DNA from: Azolla caroliniana
Lineage: Eukaryota; Plantae; Polypodiophyta
Assembly (NCBI GenBank): GCA_043228905.1
Contig: JBHGNT010000016.1
Span: 12,338,001 to 12,402,000 of the forward strand
Direction of reading: 5' to 3'
Length of the DNA stretch: 64,000 nucleotides
The notes under the pieces were generated by a model. That model saw only the letters and a program-made list of their open reading frames with translations. It had not been told where the DNA came from and made no database searches. The translations under genes were made by a program, and so were the position numbers. This document shows, piece by piece, positions 11,310 through 22,012 of this stretch (its first letter is position 1; every line of letters begins with the position of its first letter).

Positions 11310-14180
11310 TGGAAGAACCCAAATTTTATATTAGAACTTGGAATTCATAAGTTTACAATTGATCAAAAATGACATTCTATTACATAGCTGCAATCAAGTC
11401 ATCAACGTCACCTTTTACATTGGGGCCACGGGCCACATCCACATCGAAACCCTTTGACCTCTCGCTTCTCTTCGAGAGACTTGGATGGAAATGAAATTAG
11501 GCCTAGTATAACATCATTTTCATTGTAGAACATGTTTGTTATTTTACTAGAACTATTTAGCTTAAACCTCTACTTTTATTTTTATTTTTTACTTTTGATT
11601 AATGGGTAAATATCCCATTTTTTGTTGTAAACCATTTGTCTTATAGGATGAAGAAGATAAGAGAACATGAGCTACATTGACTAGCTCCTCGACCCGTTCG
11701 ATTCTGCGTGCTTCGACTCTTCCGGTCGGCTTGTCTGCTCGTGCCTATATGTATTTGGGTCCATTGGGCCAATGCGTTCATGGTCTATTGTGGTGGAAAA
11801 CCCTCGGCGAGGGCGCGATTGAAGATTAGAGTGAGAAAGGGAGCTAGGCACTCTCGAGCATATATGATGTGCTCGGCTCGCAATCCTGTGTGGTCCATGG
11901 ATTTCCTATGTTGTAATTTTTTTATGACCTTCATGACCCTAGATGTCATGAAAAGTGTCCCCATGTTAGGTTGGGGTGTGGAAGGCATTGGGATGGGTGG
12001 TTGGTTCGGGACATGGTAGAGTCTCTCGATATATGTGTGCCAAATATTGGGAGCCTCGATGGGTGTTTGAGGTCGTGGTTCCCGTAGCCTCTTCCATGCA
12101 AGGGCTCAATCCCTACTCATGACCATATGGTAGAGTTCCCAATATTGAGATGCTTCCCAAGCTCGTCTTTTACGATGGGTCATCTTGCACATCTCTTTTC
12201 GAGCCTGTACTGAGGAAATAGTACCACTAAGTCGCGACACCTTAAGTTGTCTATACAACTCTCTACAATCCTCGTCATACCACTTGTTCTGTGGCATAGA
12301 CCATATTCTTCTATGATTGGAGTGTTTCGTGTATGGGAAGCTACTAATTGTTGCCGAGTGAAGGGTGTGTGCAAGTTTTGTAGTGAGGTTCTCTAAAGGC
12401 AAGGAAGAATCAAAGGAGGAGAGATGGGCTTGAACATGTCGAGAGTAGATGTCAGCGAGCTCATGCGTGAAATGTATTATGGTGTGATGGTTTGGTTGAC
12501 TAGAGTTGGTGGCGTGGGAGGTGTCGCATTTTAGCTCAAAGTATAGGAAGCTATGGTCTGCACCAATGGGGCATGGGGCCACCCGGAAGGAGTTAACCAT
12601 GTGGGTAGCTTCAGCACGTCCTATTAGGTAATCAATTGTGCTTTCCCCTCCTCCATGTGGGAAACATGTCAGCGCTTCTGAGCCCGGCCACTTGGCTAAG
12701 CCATTATATATGATCATCTATTGCCGGCTTCCAAGTTCAAGAAGATGATGGCCAAAGCTTGTGGCGCCTGCACCTTGATCCTTTGATGTACGCATTATGT
12801 CTAAGTCTAAAGGGTCGACATTCACCATTTCGAGGTTTCTATCCATCTGAAATATTGTGCATTGTCGGGATTGGGTTCTCGCATTGAAATCTCCTACAAG
12901 GAAGACTTCCCCTTGAGAAGAATATCGGATTATGTCATCCGATAAAGGTTCGTATGGAGAAGGCCCATGCGGCATTCCTTCATCAACTATATTCACTTCT
13001 CTAGCCATATTATACCGGGATCCTTTCGGGTGGAAGTAACACACGGCGATAAATATCGCCTAGTCCTTGCTAATGAGGACTTTCACCCACATAAAATGGG
13101 CTTCTGAGTCTTTCTTTAGTATTTCTATCCTATTATGTATATCTCTCCGAATTAGTATCACAACCCTTCCAGACCCTCTAGTAGTATGTTGACGTGAGGT
13201 TTGTCTAAAGACAGATTCCCAACGAAAATCGTCAATTTGTGGCAGTCCTCGATTTGGGCTCTGATGTGTTTCTACTAAAAAAAGTATGTTAAATACCTTC
13301 AAAATCTCCTCTAGACGGCCATGGTGTGTCCAAAGTGCACTATTACAGTTCCATAAAGTCATCCTAAGTTTATTGTCTATCACATGGGCCACACGATGTC
13401 AATTGGCGGCGTGATCATTTATTATCACACGTCCATCTCGGTAAAAAGCACGATGCCCCTCTTTATGAACTTGTATGACTCCCCGCCCAATCCTTAAAGA
13501 ATTGGTCTCTTTATAAAAATTGTGATTCTAGATTTTGAGTCCTTAAACTGAAGGAACAAAGATCTTTTCCTAGTGGTGTCACATCCTACCCTCCAAGTTT
13601 TAGTGATTAGTAGGGCTTCGTACCCCAACATTTTCCCTAATGTTTGTGCATCTTCGTCAGGAGATGCCCCTTCCTTGAGCCCAGCAACTCGTACATTTAG
13701 GCGTCGAGCTTGACGCATTTTTTCCTCCTCAAGGGTAGTGTTTACAAAATTTTCATCCTTTAGTTCCTTTTTAATATTATGTTTTACTACATCAACCCAC
13801 CCAGTTTTTGCTAATTCCATATCTCTTTTAACCTCTTCCTTAACCTTTTTTATCTCGTCCTTAATATCCTCTAAGGAAGATATTTCACCATCTTCCCTAG
13901 ATGTCTCAAGATCCTTAACTTGTTTCTGAAGGTTCATGTTGTCTACTTTAAGTTTTGTTATTTCAGCAATAAGCACTTCTTTTTCTTCCTTATCTTTTTG
14001 TTTTTCGGCTTCAATCTCTTTCGCCCATTTTTCTAGTTTTACTAAACGGTTAAGGACATCTAAAAATTCTTCCTTACTTATAATTTCTTCATGTGTTTCC
14101 TTGTGGTTTCGTCTAGAAGTCATGTTGTAAAAAAAAAGATAATAGAAAGAAAAGACAAAGAGGACAAAAAAAACTTAGTC
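11310..14180 (-). mobile_element. LINE with ORF1 and AP-endonuclease but RT core deleted
   Basis: ORF1 13494-14123 is coiled-coil followed by RRLNVRVAGLKE. ORF2 pieces at 11785-13392 have APE motifs (LWNC, LVETH, VGDFNART, STIDY, GADH) and only the RT N-terminal flank (LIFNRALAEGFP). Boundaries are approximate. Confidence 0.8.
13494..14123 (-). CDS. LINE ORF1 protein (coiled-coil / RRM-like), probably pseudogenised at the C-terminus
   Basis: 209-aa ORF with a heptad-rich N-terminus and the RRxN(V/I)RVxGLxE motif typical of LINE ORF1, directly upstream of the APE ORF. Confidence 0.7.
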   Translation of the reverse strand: MTSRRNHKETHEEIISKEEFLDVLNRLVKLEKWAKEIEAEKQKDKEEKEVLIAEITKLKVDNMNLQKQVKDLETSREDGEISSLEDIKDEIKKVKEEVKRDMELAKTGWVDVVKHNIKKELKDENFVNTTLEEEKMRQARRLNVRVAGLKEGASPDEDAQTLGKMLGYEALLITKTWRVGCDTTRKRSLFLQFKDSKSRITIFIKRPIL

Positions 14181-14539
14181 GAGCATCAATGCCTTGCGCG
14201 CTAGGTTCGAGTGTAGAAAGACATGTATGCTTCAGCCGATTACGTCCTCAAAAGTGTATGTGATAGTGGGGACAGAAAACAATGACGACGCCAATGAAAA
14301 CACACGACAACCGCGGTGGCAGCGGCAATGGCCAAGAACTGACGACAACGGTGACAGCAACGGCGGCAGTGGCGGCGACAGTCGGCATATGACAGCGGCA
14401 GTAGACGGCGGCTGCAGACGACGGCAACAGGTTAGCGACAACAACGGCAATGGCTACGACTACAGCAGAAAGAGCCGTTGAATCTTTAGAGAGAGAGAGA
14501 GAGAGAGAGGAGAATATAATAATAACCAAATCCTCTTTC

Positions 14540-16913
14540 ACTTTACAATCGACTCGGAATCGGCTGAATGAGAGATAGAAGACGAATTTTGACTTGGACA
14601 CATGTTCGAAGAAAATCCGATTACGAGAAGGCTTAGTGGACCACAGGAGCCCCCGAGTGACCAAAGCACATCTCGGCCGAGTTCGAAACTTGACAAAGGG
14701 AAGGCCAAGATGTTTGAATACGAAGATCCAATCAGTAACGCGTCACCTCACTCCCTTGACACTGAGTTCGAAGGCTTGGACATCTTGATCTTCCAGAAGA
14801 ATGGAGTGAAGAAAGCATTAGTCTCTGCGAACTAGAAGTTGCGTTGGTCCACCCGTGAAAAGAACCCCGTAAGCCGATTCGGCTACAATGAGTACATGGC
14901 GTATCATTACGCCTTTATGATGAAGGTAGCGACTGCACGGGAGCCGGAAACATTTTCCGAAGCCGTGAAGGACCCGCGATGGGTCGACGCGACCAATGAA
15001 GAAATGCAGGCCTTGTGCAAAAACGAGACATGGGACCTTGTTCCCCATTCACCTCAAAGGAAAGTGATTGATTGCAGATGGATCTATAAGGTCAAATACA
15101 ATGCCAATGGCTCCATAAATCTCTTCAAAGCACGACTCGTCGCAAAAGGATACGCACAAACGCATGGAATTGATTATGACGAGACCTTTTCCCTGATGGC
15201 TAAGATGACGATTGTACGGACCATAATTGCACTCGCAACCGCGAAAAGGTGGCATCTCCACCAAATGGAAGTCAAGAACGCCTTTCTTCAAGGAGAATTG
15301 GAAGAGGAGGTGTATATGGTACAACCACCCGGTTTTGAATCGCGTACTCATCCGAAAGTCGTGTGCTGCTTGAAGAAGCCGATCTACATCCTCAAGCAAG
15401 CACCGCGTGCTTGGCATTTGAAGATCACTTAGCATCTTCACCAAATCGGCTTTCAAATGTCGAAATCGGACAACTCCCTGTACATCCGAAACAAGCCGCA
15501 CAACCCGATTGTCATTATCCTATATGTGGATGATCTAGTAATCGGAGGAAAGGATCTCACCGAGATTATTAAGGTCAAATCACTCCTATCCAACAGATTT
15601 GAAATGAAAGATATGCAAGAGCTCCATTACTTCCTTGGCATCGAAGTAATTCGAACACCAATCGGGATATTGATCTCTCAACGGCACTACGTTCTCAACC
15701 TACTCTACAAGTTTGGAATGACCGAGTGCAAACCTATGTCTACCCCTCTCGACCGAGATCTCAAGCTCGATGTCGATTCAGGCACAACCGAGTGCGGTCC
15801 GACTCAGTATCGACAACTGATTGGCACCCTAATTTATCTATCCATCACACGACCCGACCTCAACTATTTAGTCGGCCTACTGAGCCAATTCATGCAGAAC
15901 CCACGAAATGATCATCTCGATTGCGCTAAGAGGATACTTTGGTATGTCAGTACGACGATGGATTACGGCATCATGCATAAGTTGAATATGCTTATTCGAA
16001 TCGAAGGGTACATGGACGTAGACTGGGCCGGTTATAAGGCCGATAGACAATCCACTTCCGGATTCGTCTTCTCCCTCGGCAGCAAAGCGATCTCATGGAG
16101 CAGCAAGAAACAACTGACAATCGCACTATCGAGCACAGAGGCCGAATACAGGGGCGCGGCAGTCGCCGCGTGCGAAGCTGTTTGGCTCAAACGCATCTTG
16201 AAGGACCTGGGCGTTCCCTTTATAGATCCAATTCGCCTCACCTGCGACAACATGAGCAACATCAACCTCGCTCGGAACCCAATATTCCACGCCCGGACTA
16301 AACACATCGAAGTGCACTATCACTTTATTCGTGAACGTGTTCAGGCTGGTGATATCGATTTACAACATATCAACACAAACCTTTAGGTTGCTTATATCTT
16401 TACGAAGGCCCTAGGTATCGACAAGCTGTGGTAGTTCGCGACTAACCTTGCTCTCTCAATCACCGACCAATCGCGCTTGAGGGGAGTAAAGTACAACCAC
16501 AATGTGGTTGATGCCCAACAGTAGCTGACCAAAGCAGTCGAAGTACGAACAAACAATCGAAATCGTGAAATTGTAAACCGAAGTCAAAGCCGATTCATCT
16601 GAATCGAAGTATTCCAAAGACCGAACCGAAACAACTTTTCGACATACGGAAGTTGTGTTCGAAGGGGCGTGTTGAGAATCAAACTCAACTTCCCATAGTC
16701 AATGGACATCGTACTAGGATATTTTTGTAATTAGTAGAAAGTGCACTTGCCCTAGATCAGTTGGTATTTAAACCAACCCCTTTGGATGTAATATGTTGTT
16801 TCCTGTCTAGAGCTCTCTCCCTCTCTCTTTCGCTCTCTCTCATTCTCTCTTGTCTCATGTGCACATACACACACAGTCCTTTCGTTGCACACAATCACTC
16901 TCGATTCTTTACA
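14540..16913 (+). mobile_element. 5'-truncated Copia element (Copia-B): RT, RNase H and 3' LTR (16670-16913)
   Basis: ORFs 14839-15432 and 15457-16386 (HGIDYDETF, LYVDDL, ALSSTEAEY, HARTKHIEVHYHF). The LTR starts TGTTGAGAATCAAACTCAAC and ends TTCTTTACA. It shares the KNPVxRxGYNEYMAxHY linker with Copia-A. Confidence 0.9.
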
Positions 16914-17264
16914 AAAACTATTGTAAATAACCGAGGACTAATAAGTACGAGGTAGGGAGTGTTTAAAAGGTACTTTATGATCCCTTGAAAAGAGGGGAAT
17001 AAAGGTGAGCAGAAATAGAAAATCGAGGAGAGAATCGCTGACAGAAAACGGTTGTCTTTAATGATAATGTAACGGCATCCCCTTGTGCTATAAAAGGATA
17101 GGACGTAGACTGAGAGAGGTATCCATCGTTTTGGAAGAGAAGACGTTGTCGGTTTGTGATCTGGAGCTCTATCCGTTTCCTGTTTTGTTCGGTATTGATT
17201 CGGATAGCTAGGGTGAGGCCTCTGCTCGCGTAGGAAGCCCATGTGCTCCTGACCAGAGGCTCAT

Positions 17265-17269
<5 letters not shown>

Positions 17270-17307
<38 letters not shown>
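17270..17307. repeat. (TG)n microsatellite
   Basis: About 19 TG units. Confidence 0.95.
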
Positions 17308-17309
<2 letters not shown>

Positions 17310-17646
17310 GACCTTAAAGCTATGTCTCTGGCCCGAGGCTAGTTGTATTCAGCTCTATCTTTTAACTTATTCATGGTTTGTTGTATCCACCTCCCTTGGT
17401 ATAGGAATAGCGCAGAATACTGCTCGTCCACAACTGAGTCTTGAATCACTTCAATGAGAAGGAAAACACAGAAATGGGAAATAGAGAGTACACAGGATGT
17501 TTACGTGGAAAACCCTGAATGGGAAAAAACCACGGGAGCCCACAGATTCCAACTATCACTATGAAGAAAAAAAAAGGATACAATAAGAGACTCTGAGACA
17601 ACGACCTCGAGCTCTGTTTCTTCGCCAAGCGGTAGCTACAATAAAG

Positions 17647-17647
<1 letters not shown>

Positions 17648-17706
<59 letters not shown>

Positions 17707-17708
17707 AC
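17648..17708. repeat. Compound (CT)n(CA)n microsatellite at the LINE 5' junction inside the Copia-D LTR
   Basis: Read directly; the intact LTR copy (~49660) has only a short (CT)n. Confidence 0.9.
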
Positions 17709-19935
17709 AACAACTTATCCAAACGCAAGAGAAAGCACATGTGTGTGCTAAATTTTGGCGAAATCTAAAGGGAAAACGTGTTGAGAGTTATGGTGACTTA
17801 ACTCTTCACGACTTGTCTATGCATTGTAAGAATTTATATGAGTTATCTCTTGCCGGAAAGATGATGTGTTATGGTTCTCTTTCACATATGCCTCCCTTCT
17901 TTACAATTGAAGATATATGCATAGGACTTAAGAAATTGGCCTCTCGAAAGGCAAGCGATCTTCAATGTATAAAGGCTGAAATGCTCAAATGGATGGGAAA
18001 GGAAGCACATATATGGATAAGTGATATGTTTAATGATGCATTGCAACATGGTATGCCGTACGATTGGACTACAAATTGGATCAAACATATAAATAATGTA
18101 AACAACTATCGAACCATCATGGTTGGCTCATTAATGGCAAAACTATTTGGATGTATAATGGAATCAAAGATAAGTGTATGGGCTGAAAAAAGTGGTAAGA
18201 GAGCTTATGGACAAGCTGGCTTTCGGAAACACCATAGCACCATTGATCACCTTATCACCCTTCGAGTATTAATGGAGGAAAGTCGCCTTAGAGGTAAAGG
18301 TTTATATTGTTGCTTTGTAGACTTCAAAAAAGCTTTTGATATGGTACCTCGTGAGCATCTTTGGAGGCGAATGGAAGAACTTGAGGTGCCAAGTGAATAT
18401 ATGCTTGCAATTTCCCGAATTTATGAGAAGGTTATATGTTGTGTGCGCATGAGAGATAAACTTTCAGATTTTTTCAAAAGCACTATTGGTGTTAACCAAG
18501 GATGCCCACTCTCACCAACACTATTTGTTCTATGCATTGATGAATTGGAAGAAATGGTTACCAAGTTTGCAAAGGAAGAATGTGTTGAAGAAGTTGTCAT
18601 TGGGAATGTTGTGATTATGCTTTTGCTATATGCAAATGATGTAGTGCTTTTTGCAAATACTTTAGGAGATGCACGAAAGCTTATGAAGGCATTGGAAAAA
18701 ATTTGCATGCATACTAAATTAAGTGTCAATAGCTCTAAAACAAAGATTATGCTTGTGAAGAGCCAAAAAAGAGATAAACCATGCATTACGTACAACAATG
18801 AGCCACTTGAATGTGTGGAAAACTTCAAATATCTTGGCCTTGAAGTTCCTTCAAATCATAGATGGAATGAATGTGCTACAACCCGCTTAGAGACGGGCAA
18901 GCGAGCATACTATGCATTTGAGAACACATGCAATCTTGGAGATATTAAGTGTTGGGTCCTCAAGAAATATCTTTTCGACACTTTGGTGACACCGGTTCTT
19001 CTCTATGGGGTGGAAGTATGGGGCAGTAGCATCCCTAAATCTATGTGGAAAGAGTTTGAAAATGTCCAAAAGCATTTTCTTACCAAGTTTCTACAAGTTA
19101 AGAAACAAACGCCCTACACCCTCCTCCTCCTTGAGACGGGATTGCTTCCCATTGAGATCATGGCCATGGAAAGGGTTGTTGGATACATGCTTAAGGTTCA
19201 AAAAAGTCCCTCACATCGACTTCCTAGAATTGCTTGGGAAGCAAGAAAAAAGATCCAAAAGACGCATAAAAGCAAAATTTTGTGTTCTAGTTGGATGCAA
19301 GATATAGAAAAATGGTTTGGTAGATGGGATGCGAGACACTTGCTTCATGATGCATAATTAGATTCCTCTGTAAATGAGGCATTTTTGCAACGCCAATGTA
19401 TCATGACATGGGACAAATGTGGAGGCTCACGCTTCAAACATTATACTACACATGTTGCACCTAACTACAAAACCATATTCTTTGTGGAACGGGGAAATCG
19501 TACACATCCATACATGTTAGAGCCCATACCGTTATCTTCCATTCGAACCATTGCTTCCATGCGACTTAGCTCACATGCATTGCGATGTGAAACAGGGCGT
19601 TGGGGTACAAGTGATGAGAGTGGTTGGTTATGCACACTTTGCCCTAAACAAGTTCGCGAGTCTGAGTATCACACTTTGATACAATGCTCTGCCTTTGATC
19701 ATATTCGACCATGCTTTTCACATCTCTTCGATCGAGCCCAATCTTTGCATGAATTCCTCTCACAACCACAATGTGCACTCCCGATTGCAACATTCATTGG
19801 TAAAGTTCTTGAACATCGAGAGTCACTACTCACTTTCACACGTATCACGTGAAATGTAATATTTTTGGTCTCATAGGTCATATTTGACCTCCGAAGACGA
19901 TAATATAATCTATCTATCTATCTATCTATCTATCT
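17709..19935 (+). mobile_element. 5'-truncated RTE/RTEX-like LINE (ORF2 RT + C-terminal CCHC) with (TATC)n tail
   Basis: In-frame ORFs 17741-19357 and 19385-19852: QAGFR, FVDFKKAFD, GVNQGCPLSP, LLYAND (YADD mutated), FKYLG, RLSSHALRCETGRW...CTLC...EYH...C. 3' stem-loop AGGTCA-TATT-TGACCT at 19875-19890; tail at 19908-19935. Confidence 0.92.
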
Positions 19936-21960
19936 CTTTATGCAATAGATATCCACATACAACAATATGACAACAACACATCTAAGTGATTGCCCTAAGT
20001 CATATTTATACTTATATGACCTTAGGACTATTTACAAATATAGCCTCAATAGGCTTACTAAAAAACATATTCACAAATATGTCTTCTCTTACGCTTCTCA
20101 CCGGGCCCTCTTTATTCATAACCGGATCCTATCCGGAGGGACGGATTTCCCAACAATCTCCCCCTTCACTCCGGCATGGGATGTCTCGCCAGCCCGATCC
20201 GCTTTCGGCACGTGTCCAACTTGTCGGTTGTCAACACCTTGGTCAGCATGTCGGACCTGTTCTCCTCCGCGTGGATCTTCGTCAGCATGAACTCTTGATC
20301 TTCTACTCTCTCCCGGCTCCAGTGGTACCCCTGTTGGATATGTTTCATCCGGGAATGGTAGGCCGCATTCTTTGCAAGGTGGATGGCATATTGACTGTCG
20401 CAGTAGAGCCAACATTCCTCCAGTTGGATTCCTAGCTCTCCGATGAAGTCCTTCATCCAGATTATCTCCTTGTCGTCTTCCACAGCTGCCATGTACTCTG
20501 CCTCCGTGGTTGACAATGCAACTGTCTTCTACAACCTCGACTGCCACAAAACAGCTCCCCCTGCATAAGTCATAATATATCCGGATGTAGACCGGCTCGT
20601 ATCCGCATCAACCTACATATCTGAATCCGTGAATCCATCAAGTTCGGGATTATAGGAGTTGAACCAGAGGCACATACTCGAGGTGTCTTTCAGATACCAG
20701 AGTATCCACTTGACCGCGTTCCAATGCTCTCTTCTAGGACTGCTAATGAACCGACTCACCACTCCGACTACATATCCAATATTCAGTCGGGTACATACCA
20801 TCGCGTACATCAAGCTTCTAACGGCGAAGGCATATGGAATCTTCATCATATCCATCTTCTCCACCTTTTTCGTCGGGCTTTGTTTCCCGAATAGCTTTTA
20901 GTATTCCGAAAGTGTCGATCCAACAGGTTTCGCCTCCGACATGTTGAACCGATTAAGCCCCTTTGTCACGTACTTCTCCTATGACAACCACAACAGCTTC
21001 TTCGACCGGTCCCGGATGATGTGCATTCCTAATCTCTGTCTTGCCGGCCCCAAGTCTTTCATTGAGAAGGTCTAGTTCAGAGCCTTCTTCAGCATCCCAA
21101 TCTTGCCTTGGTCACATTCGACGATCAACATATCATCCGCATATAGGAGTATCAAGAAATCTCCTCCGTCAAAATTCTTCACAAACACACAGTGATCGGC
21201 CTGTGTCTTGTGGTACCCTTGTCGGTCATGAAGGAGTCGAACTTCCGGTACCATTGCCAGGGAGCTTGCTTCAGTCCATATAAGCTCTTCTTCTGCTAGC
21301 ACACCAAGTGCTCCTTCCCTTTCTTCTCAAATCCTTCCAGATGATGCATGTAGATCTCCTCTTCGAGGTCACCATGGAGGAACGTCGTCTTTACGTCTAG
21401 TTGCTCTACCTCGAGGTCCATGCTTGCCACTATGCTCAGCACCGTCCGGATGGATGTCATCTTTACTACCGGGGCAAAGATATCATTGAAGTCCACTGTT
21501 ATTGCTAGGGCCGGACAACAACCTAACACAGGGTGTCCACTTAAGACACGTCACCAAAGGGTGGTACGACAGAATGACTTATGGCACAACGCTTAGTTAG
21601 ACCTTAATCGATTACTTAGCCATCCGTAATTAACACGCGTAAGATATAACAATGAATACAGAATGGTAATCAACACTGGAAGATTAAGACAATAAGCTTT
21701 ATTAATTATCCGCTCCTGATTACATTGTAACCGGGCCTTTATATAGGTCTCCGGTGCGAAATACAAAACGGTGCCAACCGGCACCTTTACGGGATCGTTC
21801 TGGATCCGGATCGGCATACCGATTCCGGTCCGTCTATCCACATCTTCTTATATAATAATATATATATATTAAGACTACTAATTACAACAGTTCCCGAATA
21901 ACTATTCCTTTCACACTCTAGTTTGGACCTCCTTAAGCCATCTTGCCGGCCGGTAACACA

Positions 21961-22000
21961 TGGCACGCCCGTGGGACAGTACCTTGTACGTCGAACCCAC
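21961..22000 (-). other. tRNA-3'-end-like motif replacing the PPT in Gypsy-E
   Basis: The minus strand reads GTGGGTTCGA-cgtacaaggtact-GTCCCACGGGCGTGCCA, then TG, then the LTR. Confidence 0.85.
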
Positions 22001-22012
22001 TATCCGGCCCTT

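Noticed and set aside
14194-14481. Small ORFs in a GC-rich (CGG/CGA/CAA)-like stretch
   Set aside because: Low-complexity trinucleotide-like sequence between TE fragments with no protein motif.
21959-21977. PBS of a separate plus-strand element starting at the 21497-21958 LTR
   Set aside because: All adjacent coding sequence and the LTR TATA box are on the minus strand, the TSD pairs this LTR with 41726, and the same arrangement recurs in Gypsy-F.
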